Notes: a model not told the origin generated them from the sequence alone. A stretch of 53,422 nucleotides of DNA, filler included, from Stegostoma tigrinum (GCF_030684315.1; 3 parts of 3 records of this genome joined end to end with filler, not necessarily neighbours in it); one strand, 5' to 3'; counted from the whole stretch's first letter, positions 10,997 through 24,323 are shown. A program made the numbers and translations.

Positions 10997-11269
10997 GTAA
11001 GTGATGGTTATTTTCCCACTGGACAATCTGATATCACCACATGGAAGTTTACTGGTCTGTAAACCAAGCTGTAAAATCCACCCCACTCTGAGTTACCTGC
11101 TAGAAAGGAGACTCCCTGACAGTTTGAGTGTAAGTTGTCAAAAGGATACCCCAAGGGTAAGTGGGAGCTACCTGATGGACTTTTTAAGCAAATTTGTGCC
11201 TGGACCTAGGTGGGTTGCATTGATTCCAGGGTCATTGGTTTGGCCATGGGCATTGCAAGTGCAAGTTTG

Positions 11270-12470
11270 GTAACACTTTGCCTCAGCTAGCTTATTGAGA
11301 CTCATGGACAAGGACTCTCCAATCTCACTGTTAGCTTTCTGCAATGTTTCTCCTTTCAAATAATGATCGGTTCTTCTTTCTGCCATAATGTATAACCTCG
11401 CATTTCCCACATCATATTCGATCTACCAAGATTTTGCCACTCAACCTAAACTTATCCCTCTAGACTCTTTGTGCCTTCTTCCCCACTCGCCTTCCCTCCT
11501 ATTTTTGTTGCTTCTGCAATTTGACTATAGTAAATTCACTTTCCTAATCCAAACCATGAATTTATTTTGTAAACAATTGTGACTCTTGCACTGATCCTTG
11601 TAGCACTACGCTAATCCCGAAAATGTGCTCCTTATTCCAACTCTTTGTCTTCTATTCGTTAGCAAATCCTAATATACTACCTGCAACACCATGGGCTTCA
11701 ACCTTCTTAAATAGCCTAATTTGTGGTACATTATCGGTGCCTTCTGAATATCCACATACATTCGCTGCTTCCCATTCCTCTATCCTGCTTGTTAACTCCT
11801 GGAAGAATTCTAGTAACAGCGTCAGGCATGATCTTCCCTTCACAAAGTCATGATGATTCTGCTTGATTGTATAGCAGAGCATGTCAAAATGCATAATTAC
11901 TTCCTTCATAACAGACTCTAATATTTTCCCACTAACAGGTGTTAATCTTCTGGTCTGATTATTGTCTCTTCCTACTTTTAAATAAGTGTTACGTTGGCAG
12001 TTTTGTAATCTTCTAGGACCTGTGCAGAATCTAGGATTCCTGCAAAGTTATTAGCAGTACATCCATTATCTCTATAGCTACTTCCTTTAATATCCTAGGT
12101 TGCAACCCATCAAGCCCAGGGAACTTATCGGTCTTTAGTCCCATTAATTTCCCTAGCACTTCTCAGTAGTGAGAGTTATTGTAATTATTTCCTGTCCTTT
12201 TACACCCTGAATATTTAGGATTTTGCAATGCAATTAGTGCTTTGTCCTACGAAGTATTTACTAGACTCTACTGCCATTTCCTTGGTCTCTATTATTATTT
12301 CCCCAGTTTCATTGTCTATGGGGGTGTTCATTTTGGCTGTTGTTTTCCTTTTTATATATTTAAAGAAATTCTTGCTATCTATCTTGATATTATTTGCAAG
12401 TTTGCATGCAATGTTTATTTTCTCCCCTTTTGTTCTTTTTGGTCATCTTTTATTGGTTTTGAAGGAAGGA
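11270..12470 (-). mobile_element. Decayed CR1 LINE fragment (RT region)
   Basis: ORF 11652..11909(-) QNHHDFVKGRSCLTLLLEFFQELTSRI...DNVPQIRL corresponds to the CR1 RT motif QHGFVRGRSCLTNLIEFFEDVT...DKVPHGRL. Confidence 0.85.
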
Positions 12471-13000
12471 CAATAACATTTGGATTATTATTCAAAGATG
12501 CTTGGATTGCAAGAATAAAAATGTCTTCCTGCAGTTACAAAGGAATACCATGTGCAATTATGATTTGTATACATAAGAATGACCATAACCCCGAGGTACG
12601 TTCACCACGTGGCCAGTGAATCAAAAGAATAAAGCTAGTTTTGTCTCCTTTTTAATTTGCATGATTCACATTAGTTGACCAGTTGTCCAGGTTTGTTTAT
12701 TTAAACATGATAAAGGCTAATTTATTCATTGCCATTACCAAAGTTAGCGCGTGATAAAGCTATTAACAAAATTGCAGATGCTAAGATTAAGACAAGTACA
12801 CATAGTACAACAGCGAGAAAGTCATGGTTCGACTTGATGTCAGGCCCACTATCTGTGATGGCTTCTGTAGTTGGACAGTTTGTGTTTCTTGCAGAAGTGG
12901 ACCAGCAAGACGGTAGATTTTGGGAAGGAGAGAAGATTCCTTTTTCTCTGGTTTCAGCGCTTTCACACTGACTTTCCTTCAAGAGAAAATCATTCAATTC

Positions 13001-13343
13001 ATCATAGAATCCCTACCATGTGGAAGCAGGCCATTCGGTCCATCGAGTCCACACCGATGCTCTGAACACCATCCCACCCAGACGTGTCCCCCTACCAACC
13101 CTGTTTCCCATGACTAATTCACCTAGCCTGCACACCCCTGGACACTATTGGTAATTTAATGTGGCTGATCCACCTAACCTGCATGCCTTTTGGACTGTAG
13201 GAAGAAACCAGAGCACACGGAGAAAGCTCGTGCAGACACAGGGAGAATCTGCAAACTCTGCACAGACAGTCATCCGTGGGCAGAATTGAGCCCGGGACCC
13301 TGGCGCTGTGAGGCAGCAGTGCTAACCACTGAGCCACCGTGCC
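13001..13343 (-). mobile_element. HE1-type tRNA-derived SINE
   Basis: The reverse strand starts GGCACGGTGGCTCAGTGGTTAGCACTGCTGCCTCACAGCGCCAGGG...GGGCTCAATTC (A/B boxes) and ends in a CR1-like tail with ATTCTATG. Confidence 0.92.
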
Positions 13344-14416
13344 ATTCTCTGTCAGCCTTTTCTCTTTGTGTTCTCTTGATCAAATCTCCCTCTCTGAAGG
13401 TAAATCTCAAGCTGCCTTTGGTCTTAACCTTTTATTTTTACACTTCAAAAACTCAACATGGCAGTAATTTTGAGGAATCAAGTGTTCCAAAAAGCGAAGA
13501 GGTAAATTACACTGAACTGCTTTTTAAAGTTCTTTCTCTTGCCTGTTGATATATTTCCAAGGATTCTGAGGTGAACTTGTAGATGCTGTTCCCATATGTC
13601 TGCTGTCCTTGTCTTTCCTGATTGCAGTGGTCATGGGTTTGGAAACTGCTGTCTGGTTTGCCAGGTGAAATGTGGCAGCATCTAAGAAACTAACACTTTC
13701 CTCGTGTGTTGTGGCTTCAAGCTTAATTGAAGGTTGATTTATTTTTGAGGATATTGATGAGTTCTTCTAATTCTGCTGTTGTGCAAGTCCAAGTATGTGA
13801 GTGAGATATAGAAGGAAATGTTACAATTTGACTACATCATTGCATAAATTAGTTGGTGAGAATGATAAAAAAGTCCGTGAAAATCAAAAAGTAGCTCTCA
13901 AGAAAACCTCAGTCTTCAGGGTGACGGTGTATATTGTGTGCCCTGCTGCAAGCCTCTCATGATTTTAAAGAGCTCCGTTAAACCTCTTCTCAACTTGCTT
14001 GAAGTGAGGTAATGTACTTTTTTGGTCTTCTGAGCTGATCCTGCTAATTGCCAACCACTCCTAAGTTAAAGATAAATTTTTATAATGCCTCGCTCCAAGC
14101 ATCAGTTTGTGTTCACTCTGTGACCTGATTACCCGAAGATTCTTCTCTTTTTAAGATGCATGGTCAATGAGGTGTAAAAGGTCTGACTTTATTGGGAGTT
14201 TAGAATTTTTTCTTAAGTTAAGATTTCTGCACAAAGAGAAAAATAACTTGTATAAATGCTAATTGATTTGATTAGTGAATATAAAGTAATTATAGTAACA
14301 ATTAGAAATGTGCTCAGGATACTAGTTCAAAAGAGAGGCAAGTTAAAAAGAAATAATCTCATTATTCGAGCATTAAATTAGTTTACAGCAAAAATGTGAG
14401 CATCTGAAACAAAGAG

Positions 14417-16480
14417 GTGATGTATCATTAGTCTAATAATCCAGAGAGCCAGATAATGTTCTGAGGAGCTGGGCTTGAATTCCACTGTTGAGGATGATGA
14501 ATTTGAACTCAAATTTTAAAAAAAATAGAGTCTAATAATGAGCGTGAAATCAATCACAGTTAGTGGGAAAAATCCATCTGGTTTCACTTTCTTCGGAAGA
14601 AAACCTACAATACTTGCCTGGCCTATGTGTGACTCCAGATGCACAGCAGACTCTTAACACGCCTGTGTATTTGCCCTCAGTTGTATTAACCACTAGAAAG
14701 GAAAACAGAAATGAAACTGACAGACCGCTCAGTATCGACCTAGACACCGGAAGCATCAACGGCAAGAACTATCAACCATGTGGATCTTGTCAAGTCTTAC
14801 TTATTCATGTCTTACTGACTGCCTGATGTGGAATCAGACCTTGCGGACAATGTCGCGGACACCACCTTCACTATCCCTGGATATATTCCATCTCACCAGA
14901 AGGGCAGGCCAAGTCGAGGTGGCAGCATAGTAGTGTTCAAATGGGAGGGAGTTGCCCTGGGTGTGCTCAGCATTGACTGTGGGCACCATGATGTCATATG
15001 GCATCAGGTCAGACATGGACAAGGAATGTTTTTAAATGTTGTTCAGCGTGGAGGATGCATTGAACATGCAAAGGTGTAAGCTCTACTCTGGGTGGAAGAT
15101 TTTAATGCCCACCACCAAGACTGGCTTGGCAGCAGCATAACTGATTGAGCTGTTCTGATCCTAAAGGACATGGCTGTTAGTGTGGTTCTGCAACAGGTGG
15201 TGAGGGAGCCAACATAAGGGAAAAATAGCCTTGACCTCATCACCTCTTCCTCACCAATCTGCCTGCCACACCAATACTGTCAGAGACACATCTAAGAGTG
15301 ACTACCGCACAGCCTTTGTGGAGACGAAATCCTGTCTTCACGTTGAGAATACCCTCCGTAGTATTGTGTGGGACAGACTTTGAACAGATTTTACAACTCT
15401 GGGCATCCCTGAGGCACTGTGGGTCATCAGTAGCAGTAGAATTGTACACATGTGACCGATTGTGGTATCAAGGACCCCAAGCAAAACGAATATGAATCGG
15501 GGAAAACTCTGCTGGTTGGAGTCAAACCTGACCCATACAAAGATGGTTGTGATTGTTGGAGATCAGTCATCTCAGCTCCAGGACATCTCTGCAGGAGTTC
15601 CTCAGGGTAGTGTTGTTGGCCTAAGTACCTTCAGCTGCTTCATCAGTGACCTTCCCTCCATCTTATGTTGGCCGATGATTGTACAATGTTCAGCACCATT
15701 CGTGATTCTTCAGTAACTGAAGCAGCCCATGTCTAAATTCAGCAAAACTGGGACAATATTGAGCTTCTGGTGGCAAGTAAAATTGCCACAAAAATGCCAT
15801 GCAATGACTACTTTTATTAATAGGCAATCTAGCCATTGCCCTTTGACATTCAATGGTGTTACCATCACTGAATCCTCCAGTACCAACATTCTGAAGGTGA
15901 TTATTGACCAGAAACTGAACTGATTCACCCATATAGATACAGCAATTGCAAGAGCAGATCCAAGGCTAAGAATACTGCTGCGACTAATTCACCAGCTGAC
16001 TCCCCAAAGCCTGTTCACCACTTGGAAGGAATGGGATGTATTCTGTCCCAATTGTCTGGACGAGTGCCACTGCAACACAACTCAGAAACGTGACACCATC
16101 CAGAACAAAGCAGCCTGCTTGATTGGCATGCAATCCATAAACATCCACTCCTTTCTCCACTGATGCTCAGTAGCAGCAGTGTCTACTATGGACAAAGTGG
16201 ACTGCAGATATTGACTAAAGATCTTTATGCAGCGCATTCCAAACCATGATCAGTTCCGTCTTGAAGAACAAGGGGCGCAGCTACATCTTGACTTGGAAAT
16301 CACCATTCCTTCCATGTTACAGGATCAAATTCTGGAATTCTTGTCCTTAAGGCATTGTGGATTATCTACAGTTCATGGAACTTCAAAAGTTCAAGAAGGT
16401 AGCTCATTGCCACCTTTTCGAGGACGACTAGGGATGACAGTAAATGCTGGCCTAGCCTGTGTCACTCATGTCCCTTAAAT
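14417..16480 (+). mobile_element. Decayed CR1/L2-group LINE (internally deleted) carrying a tRNA-SINE-type 5' head
   Basis: SINE-like head 14417-14660, then APE remnants (ORF 14828: TIPGYIPSH...RGGSIVV...WHQVRHGQG) and RT remnants (ORF 15462: AGVPQGSVVGLSTFSCFISDLP). The 3' tail 'tagggatgacagtaaatgctggcctagcc' is shared with the SINEs. Confidence 0.8.
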
Positions 16481-16524
16481 TAATATATGGTATATGTATG
16501 TGATATATGTGGATAATCTTTACA

Positions 16525-16844
16525 GGGCGGCTCAGTGGTTAGCACTGCTGCCTCACAGTGCGAGGGACCAGGATTCGATTCTAGTCTCAGGTGACTGTGC
16601 AAACCCCACCGAGACTTTCTCCCCATGTCTGCGTGGGTTTCCTCCGGGTGCTGTGGTTTCCTCCCATAGTCCAAAGATGTGCAGGCTGGGTGGATTGGCC
16701 ATGCTAAATTGCCCATAGTGCCCAGGGATGTTTGGGTTGGACAAGGGAAATGCAGGGGATTGGGTCTGAGTGGGATGTTCTTCAGAGGAGCGGTGTGGAC
16801 TTGTTGGGCCAAATGGCCTGTTTCCACACTGAAGGAATTCTATG
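16525..16844 (+). mobile_element. HE1-type SINE
   Basis: GGCTCAGTGGTTAGCACTGCTGCCTCACAGTG...GGATTCGATTC head; 3' tail gggccaaatggcctgtttccacact...attctatg. Confidence 0.92.
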
Positions 16845-18179
16845 GTTTTTACAGTTTAGGTGAATATTAGGCTGTGTCAGAAGTAGTTAGACAAATAGTG
16901 GTGAAGTGACGTATACTTTCTTAACTGCTGCATTGAACATTATAGAAATAGATTGGAGAAGTAAAAACATTTTCTGTTAATTTACCTAGCCAGAGTCTGG
17001 AATGCTTCACAGTTCAGCTGCAAAGTCATTGGTAAGTAAAGGATTTCCTTATAGTCGAGTTTGTAAGATTTAATCATTTAAAGGAGACAGCCCACAAGAC
17101 ACGCAGGCCAACCTGGATTTGGAGCTCTCGTCTCTAACTGCAATCTCTTTAGACTTGATATTGAACTCGGCGTCTAAGATCCCTGGAGAGTTCTTTCTCA
17201 ATTCCTGGCTGGTAGTAACTTATTTAACGAATATCACTAAAACAAATTGTGTTCTGTATGTAAATTGGCTGCTACACTACATTACTGCAACTGTTCATGC
17301 TTGAAAGTCCTTCAAACAATTGCTTCGTAGTACAGATCATAATTCTTACTTTTGCAACGTACTGACTTGGGTTGCTCTATTGTAGGGTACAAATTTCAAA
17401 AGGAGCAGCTTTTTGTACTGCATGAGGAAAGGATACTGATGGGTTGGCAAGTGGTCTCTAGTTGAAATCTTCTCATGAAGAATGCACTAGTGATGTTTTT
17501 GTGTGATGCAAATTGGCACAATGCTTGGAAATATTCTTTTAGGTTTACAGATGACTGGGACCTGCTTATGCATGTACGAAGCAAGTCTGTGTGAGCCATG
17601 TTGCAAGCATGGCTGATGGTTTTACATTGGTTGTTGGCAGAATTCTTATCACCCCAGAATTGTTCAGTAAGTGGTGTTGAATGTAGAACTTGACATATTG
17701 CCTCTAAAGTTAGATGTGATTCTGCGGTTAGATTGTTCAGCAAGTTCTATCTGGAGTATGCAAAGAATCATCAGCAAACAATTTCACTTACAAAATGTGG
17801 CTCATTAGCATCTGCTAGAGGCTACATTTATTCCTACTCAGGTACCAGTCCTCCTCAAACCAAATGGTTATGTTCAGACATTGTGCAATTTTCAAATCAA
17901 GACAATTATGAGGATTTCTATTTCCTGATGCATTCTCCATGGCAGTACTCCAACCAATCAACACCTTGTACTATGTGGTATAAATTGCTGTTTCCTTTGA
18001 AAGTTGGTATTTCTGCGTCTATCGTGATGAATGGAAGAAGAAAAGCTTTAACTAAGAATAAATAAGTAATGGTGCTTGAATGGAAGAATGAAAATTAATT
18101 GGATATAACTAGTTGACACGGAGTGGTGAAGTTTGGAATGGACTGCTAATGAAACGAGTTGAATCAGTAATTTGAGAGA

Positions 18180-18320
18180 AAAGAAAACCGGAAGAATTGT
18201 GGATGCTGGACATCAGGAACAAAAACAGAAATTGCCAGAAAAGCTCAGCAGGTCTGGCAGCATCTGTGGAGAGAAATCAGAGTTAACGTTTTGGAGCCGA
18301 AGGCCTTCCTCAGAACTGGA
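18180..18320 (-). mobile_element. Penelope-like terminal fragment
   Basis: Same family as 25540-25730 (gctcagcaggtctggcagcatctgtggagag...). The minus strand reads CTGAGGA-AGGCC-TTC-GGCT-CCAAAAC, a degenerate hammerhead-like core. Confidence 0.6.
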
Positions 18321-18944
18321 GTAATTTAAGAGATTTGCGCACACATTTGGCAAAAATATGCAGTGTAGGAGATCTGTCCTGGTGCACTGTGAGACTGCTT
18401 ATTGGTCCAAAATGGATCTTAGGCTCCAGTTAACTTTCAGTGTTCTTCTGGGCTGTTCTGCACCACATGGAATAATTTTGGAGCACTTAGCCTGTTACAG
18501 GAGCTGTTTAAATACTATTCCCTGAGGCAAGGGTTTTTGCAAGGTCCAAAATGGCTTAAAAGTTGATTACAGATAAATTCAATTTAAATTGTTACCCCTT
18601 TCTCATAACTACTTATTTGTCTTATATGGACAATACTGACACCCATCAGCACGATCACTGTGCTTGTGCTGTAAAATTTTTCAAAGATTTTGTCATGGAA
18701 GTTGTGAATATTTATTCCATAGTCAAAATTCTGTGTAACTTCTCTTGAGATGTTACTGAACTGAGAGCACCAGACTTTAATATATGGTGTTCCCACAGTT
18801 GCAATAAAGCCTTTGCCAGCTGAAAGTTTCCACAATATGTTGGTTGAGAAAACTTGGCATGAGAACCTTTTTAATGTGTCCCTGATTGAATAATAGCTTG
18901 CTAAAACAAACCAGTGTTTCTGTTCAAGTCTCTTGACATTTGTT

Positions 18945-19320
18945 TCATTTATTCATGGGATGACAGTGTTGCTTGGCCAAAATTTATTGCCCATCTCTAA
19001 TTGCCCAGAAGGCAGTTAAGGAGGAACACATTGCTGTCGGTCAAAGGTCGCATGTAGACCAGACCAGACCAGGGTAGGACAGCAGATCCCTTTTCCTAAA
19101 GAGTACTTAGAGAACCAGGTGGGGATTTTATGACAATCAGCTATGGTTATGTGGTTGTGTTAAACTAGCTTTTATTGTAAAATCTGAGATTTTTAAAATG
19201 GAATTTAAGTTTCACCATCAAATTTCACCATTTGCAGTGGTGAGACTCGAGCCCATCACGTCTCCATAATGTTGGAGGTTCTGTATTGTTAGTCTTGGCT
19301 GACGCTGCTGTTACATCATA
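18945..19320 (-). mobile_element. tRNA-derived SINE (second family, LINE-derived 3' tail)
   Basis: tttattgcccatctctaattgccc...accagacc...gatccc.tt.cctaaa...gaacca body, as at 6960-7290 and 20465-20800. Confidence 0.75.
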
Positions 19321-20464
19321 CCTTTCTGAAATTTAAGAAACATTCCTGAAAACACAACTGATAACAGCTGCTTCCTGATCCCAATCAACCTTTCCCAATG
19401 CCAACCTACTCTCTTAAAGAATCAAAGCTCAGGAGCAAGTAGCAGTTTTAGGTGTTCCAACTTCGTAGCTCTTTGCCCAAATGGCCAAAAGACTTGACTA
19501 CAGTTATAGGAAAGTTTTTTTGACTGGAAATGTATCACATCTGAGTTTAGACTTCTGCCCACTGCAGCTAGACACTGCATCTCTGCCTGCCTGTTTCTTC
19601 GGTCGCTTTCATTTTCTCCCTATTTTACGTAAAGAAGAAACAGAGGCACATGACACTGGCATCAGGATGGTTCAGACGTTAGTGGCTATATCCTCAGCCC
19701 CAGAGCTCCTTTGACCAACTCTGGTATAGCTGCTAAGGTCAGTTTGCTCCCAGTGAAAGCTGAGGATTGAAATTGGGCCTTGATGATCAGCATGACCCAA
19801 TATTGTATCAGACAATGCCTCTATCTTGCACAATCCTGCTGTGTTCAGTATTGGGCCAGGTTGAGGCTGTCTGCCAGCTGGTCAGCACTCATTCGTTGGA
19901 CATGCAGGCTGCCCTTTTGTTCATCTCTCATGACCTTTATACGCATTGAGATGAGTGAGAAAGAACAGTGACTGCTTTCAAAACAACAGAAAGAGAATCC
20001 TTTCGTACGAGTTTGCTAAGGAAGCCATTTGACCCATTGCCGTGGTCCCAAGTGAAGTTAAATAACACAGGTTGGAATTTTGGACTTTGTTACTTGTATA
20101 AGAAACCTTCACCCTAGTCTTAATTTGAGTGATGTAGCCAATTCTTCACCAGAAATGAGAACCACTGGTGTTTTCATTGAAATTTTTGCTTCAAACTTAA
20201 AATAGGTGGTTCAATTAATTTACTGAAACATGATGACTAATGGGCGGCAGGTTTACAGGCCTCATCTGTCTCCGAGGTGGCTGTGCTATTAAAACAGGGT
20301 TAAGAAATGAGAGACTGTGAACTGTAGGGAAGCATGAAAGCTCAATCGGCACTTGTTTGTTCTGTAGCAACACTTTGAACAATATGTTGTGTTTGTGTAG
20401 TGCCTTTGGCGCAATAAGAGATTCAAGGCGCTTGATGGGAAATGCAACAAAGCAGCATTTTACC

Positions 20465-20800
20465 CTTTATTCACTCAGCATGTGTGCGCATGCGGCTAAA
20501 CCATTGTTTATTGCCTATCTCTAATTCGAGTCAACCACATTACTGTGGGTCTGAAATCATGTAGGCCAGACCAAGTAAGGATGACGGATTTCCTTCGTTA
20601 AAGTACATTAGTGAACCAGATGGGTTTGTTTTGACAATTGACAATGAATTCATGATCACCATTAGACCTTTAATTCCAGAGTTTTGTTTTTATTGAATTC
20701 AAATTCCACCATCTGCCAAGGCAGGATTTGAACTCATATTCCCAGAACATGAGCTGAGTTTGTGGATTAATAAGTAGCGATAATACCGTTAGGCCATTGC
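20465..20800 (-). mobile_element. tRNA-derived SINE (second family)
   Basis: The minus strand has an A box TGGCCTAACGGT and a B box GAGTTCAAATCC, then the conserved body and a ggcaataaa tail. Confidence 0.85.
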
Positions 20801-21624
20801 TGTACATTTCACATTACGTATGGAGATGTTGGGGTCGATGACCAAAGGCTAGGTATGTTTTAAAGAGCATGTTAAAGGAGGAAAGAGAAATGGTGAGGCA
20901 GAAAGGTGTGCGGAGGGAGATACAGAGAGCCTGAGCCTGAGGCTCAGGCAGCTGAAGGCATGGCTGCCAAGAGGTGAGATGATTAAAATCAACAAAGCCA
21001 ACAAAGCTAACAAAGGCATAAATATGTCTTTTCAGCAGCAGAGATGTGGTTAGGCAGAGGCATAATCAGATTTTCCACTGGATAGTGATCCTGTCCTTTA
21101 ATAACACTCTCCCAGCCTGAGGAGAGAGTGAGACCATGCTACCAAATCTTGCAGCTGACTTGACTGTCCACAGTGAAGAGATCAAACAGGAACCTTTGTT
21201 CTGTTTGTGCAATAGTAAGGAAGTCAAGTGAACTCTACATTAAGATAATGAGCCACATAGTTCGAATCACCCAAGAAATACATGGAGCCATCACCAACAT
21301 GAAGTATGGTATGCACTGGAAGAACTACTTTGAATTGCTGTCTAAGTGGAGTTCAAATGTGCCAGCTGGTGGAACGCTATCACCATTGGACATAACTCTG
21401 AAGTAGCTCAGGTTGTATTCTTCAGAAAAGTGATTCTTCAGAAAAAACAAGTACAGTTTTGTTTCATTGACTGTTTAAATATCCTTGACATTGTGTTGCT
21501 TTAAATGAGGAATGCAGCTTTGGATTACAGTTTGTGAAAGAGCTGAACGTCACATTTATGCTTTTATTTTTTGGCCTTCATTTGAATTCTGAATTCATTA
21601 GTTGTACACAATTTGTTTTTTCAG

Positions 21625-21712
21625 ATGATGGGAGTAATCCTGGGGGCTGGAGTGGCAGTCGTCCTGATTGCCACCACCATCCTCATTGTACACCGACGAC
21701 TGCAAGAGAGAA
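21625..21712 (+). CDS. PNPLA6: PNPLA6 (neuropathy target esterase) N-terminal transmembrane exon
   Basis: Acceptor tttgttttttcag| and donor A|gtaagt. The 88-nt exon encodes MMGVILGAGVAVVLIATTILIVHRRLQER+A, aligning without gaps to human PNPLA6 [29 protein letters not shown] (recalled). It is closer to PNPLA6 than to PNPLA7 (LTGIAVGALLALAL). The next exon (...YRFRKRDKV...) is not seen before the scaffold end. Confidence 0.85.
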
Positions 21713-21934
21713 GTAAGTGAAACTATACTGAAAAACTGTTGCAGCTTGTGGGCATTCCACAACTATTGGTCAGTGTGTTCTCAGCCCTATACTCTATATC
21801 TAGCATTGTGAGTAAATGTTCCTGTTGCCGCCCCACCTCCCTACTCTTTGCTTTTGTTGAGTTTAAATAAAATCCTCAGCTCAATAATCAGGGTATTTTG
21901 ATGACAAATCCTTCATTTACATGCAGAATGCACA

Positions 21935-22267
21935 GGGTGGCATGGTGGCTCAGTGGTTAACACTGCTGCCTCACAGCACCAGGAACCTGGGTTCGTTTTC
22001 ACCCTTGGGTGACTCTCTGCATGGAGTTTGTGCATTCTCCCCGTGTCTGCATGGGTTTCTTCCAGGTACTCCAGTTTCCTCCCGTAGCCCAAAGATGTGC
22101 AGGCTGGGTGGACTGGGCATGCTAAATTGCCCAAAGTGTTCAAGGATGAGTAGATTAGGTGGGTTATAGGGGATGGCTCTTGGTGGGATGCTGTGAGGGT
22201 CAGTGTGGACTTGTTGGGCTGAAGGGCCTGTTTCCATGCTGTTGGGGTTAAATGATCTATTCTGTGA
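21935..22267 (+). mobile_element. HE1-type SINE
   Basis: GGTGGCTCAGTGGTTAACACTGCTGCCTCACAGCACCAGG...GGGTTCG head; tail gggctgaagggcctgtttcc, shared with the CR1 3' end at 35541-35557. Confidence 0.92.
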
Positions 22268-23534
22268 TTGTATGATGATGATGTACCACTGGAGGAGCTG
22301 GTGATTCTTAGGCTGCCATCATATGCATTGCTAGCAGTTCCGAGTGAAGTTAAAACTGCTTGGCTAGTCTTAAGTATCCAAAAAGATTTGTATTCCTTTG
22401 AAAAAATGAATGCTGTGTGCACAATATCTCTTTGTCAGCCTTGGCTCAGGGAGAGCACTGATTCAGTGGGCTATGAATTCTTGCTTCCCTCCAGAGTCTT
22501 TCAGTATATCATGTGGACAGCAGCCCTTCTGACTCAGACAAGAGGGCTACAGTTGAGCCAAGATTGACCACAGAAAGCAGAAGTATTTAATGAACCTCTT
22601 ATGGACTGGAAAATTTCACAACTTTAATTCATTATTCAAAAGATGTTAAAGATCTAAGTTTAAAACTGTGAAATGACAATGGTTTCCAAATGATTGGGAG
22701 GAAATGGCTTACATTGATATCTCTGCTGTTAATAAAGTGGAGTAGCAATTGGGGGAAAATGAGGCAGAAATTGGAAATGCCTACCAGAGGCGGCTTTTAC
22801 AGGAGTTACTTGTTAATCTTGGCTTTCAAATTCTAAGCAATTGGAACATGAGTAATGTTCCCTGTTACACCAGCCTTGCAACTGGACAAGTCACAAGCTA
22901 CTACCCTGTTCATTGCATTCTATCCGAACAACATTTTTTCATTCACCACCTTCATTTTAAAATTTACTCATACAATTCAGTTGGAATTTAAGTCTACCAC
23001 GTTGACCCCCTACTTTTTTCACGTTCCCTTTCAATCTCTCTGCGTCTTCCATTATTTTGGAGGCAGATTTAATACGGTAAATGAACTATGCTAATAAGAT
23101 AAGTGAGAGAAGCTAGCACGTTATCTCAATGTCATGCCCCTTAGGAAGAAGAACAGCATTTTAAAACTGATCTGCAATTATTCTGAATCTATACTACTTC
23201 TGGTAGGAAAAAAGTTGTTTTGTCACAGTAAATGCGGGAGACCAACTCCTTTGGGTAATCCAAAATGCAGCTAGTTGAATCAAAGTAGTATTGAGATGAA
23301 CTGCAAGAACCTGTTGACCATTTCTTCTAATCTTCCTCCTTGTCTGGTCTGATTCTGATTTTTTTTTAACTTTTTTAAAATGTTTTGGTTATATTTTCCA
23401 CCTTCAGACATTTGTCTCATACCAGCATCTAAGGCTGTCAAACCATGGGGTGGTTACATCAGCACATTATGTCCATACTCTTCTCAAGGGTCAATTAGCA
23501 AGTCCCACTCTCATGCACTTTCTCTGTAGCTCTT

Positions 23535-24323
23535 AGTCATAGAATCGTACAGCATGGAAATAGATCCTTCAGTCCAATTCGTCCATACTAACCAGATATC
23601 CTAAACAAATCTAGTCCCATGCCAGCATTTGGCCCATATCCATCTCAACCCTTCCAATTCATATACCCATCCCAGTGCCTTTTAAATGTTGTAATTGTAT
23701 TAGCTTTCACCACTTCCTCTGGCAGCTTGTGCCATACACACAGCACTCTCTGCGTGAAAAGCTTGTCCTATAGGTCCCTTTTAAATCTTTCCCCTCTCAC
23801 CTTAAACCAAGTCCTCTGGTTTTGAACTCCCCTACCCTGGGAAAAAGACCTTGTCTATTCACCCAATCCATGCCCCTCATGATTTTATAAACCTTTATAA
23901 GGTCACCCCTCAACCTCGAGTGCTCCAGAGAACACAGCCCCAGCCCCAAACCTTCCAGCCCCAGCAGCATCCTTGTTAATCTTTTCTGCACTCTCAAATT
24001 TAAAACATCTTTCCAAAGTAGTGAGTCCAAAAATGAACACTGTATTCCAAAAGTCGCCTAACCCATGTCCTGTATAGCCACAACATAATCTCCCAACTCC
24101 TATACTCAATGCACTGACCAATAAAAGCTAGGGTACCAAATGCTTTCTTTGCTACCCTGTCTACTTATGCCTCCACCTTCAAGAACCATGAGCCTACGTC
24201 CAAAAGTGTCTTTGTTCAGAAACACTCTTCAGGACCCTACTATTAAGAGTCTAAGTTATACCCTGATTGGCCTCCGCAAAATGTAACACCCTCCATTTAT
24301 CTAAATTAAACTCCATCTGCTGC
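23535..24323 (-). mobile_element. CR1 LINE 3' fragment running into scaffold end
   Basis: ORF 23797..24030(-) RVQKRLTRML...RLRGDLIKVYKIMRGMD; 3' UTR at ~23535-23660. Confidence 0.9.

Noticed and set aside
13270-13343. tRNA-like sequences (also 16525, 21935, 20700-20800)
   Set aside because: These are SINE heads continuing into SINE bodies, not tRNA genes.
5917-21712. SPSB-PNPLA6 synteny
   Set aside because: The genes are separated by an artificial linker, so their adjacency is not evidence of linkage.
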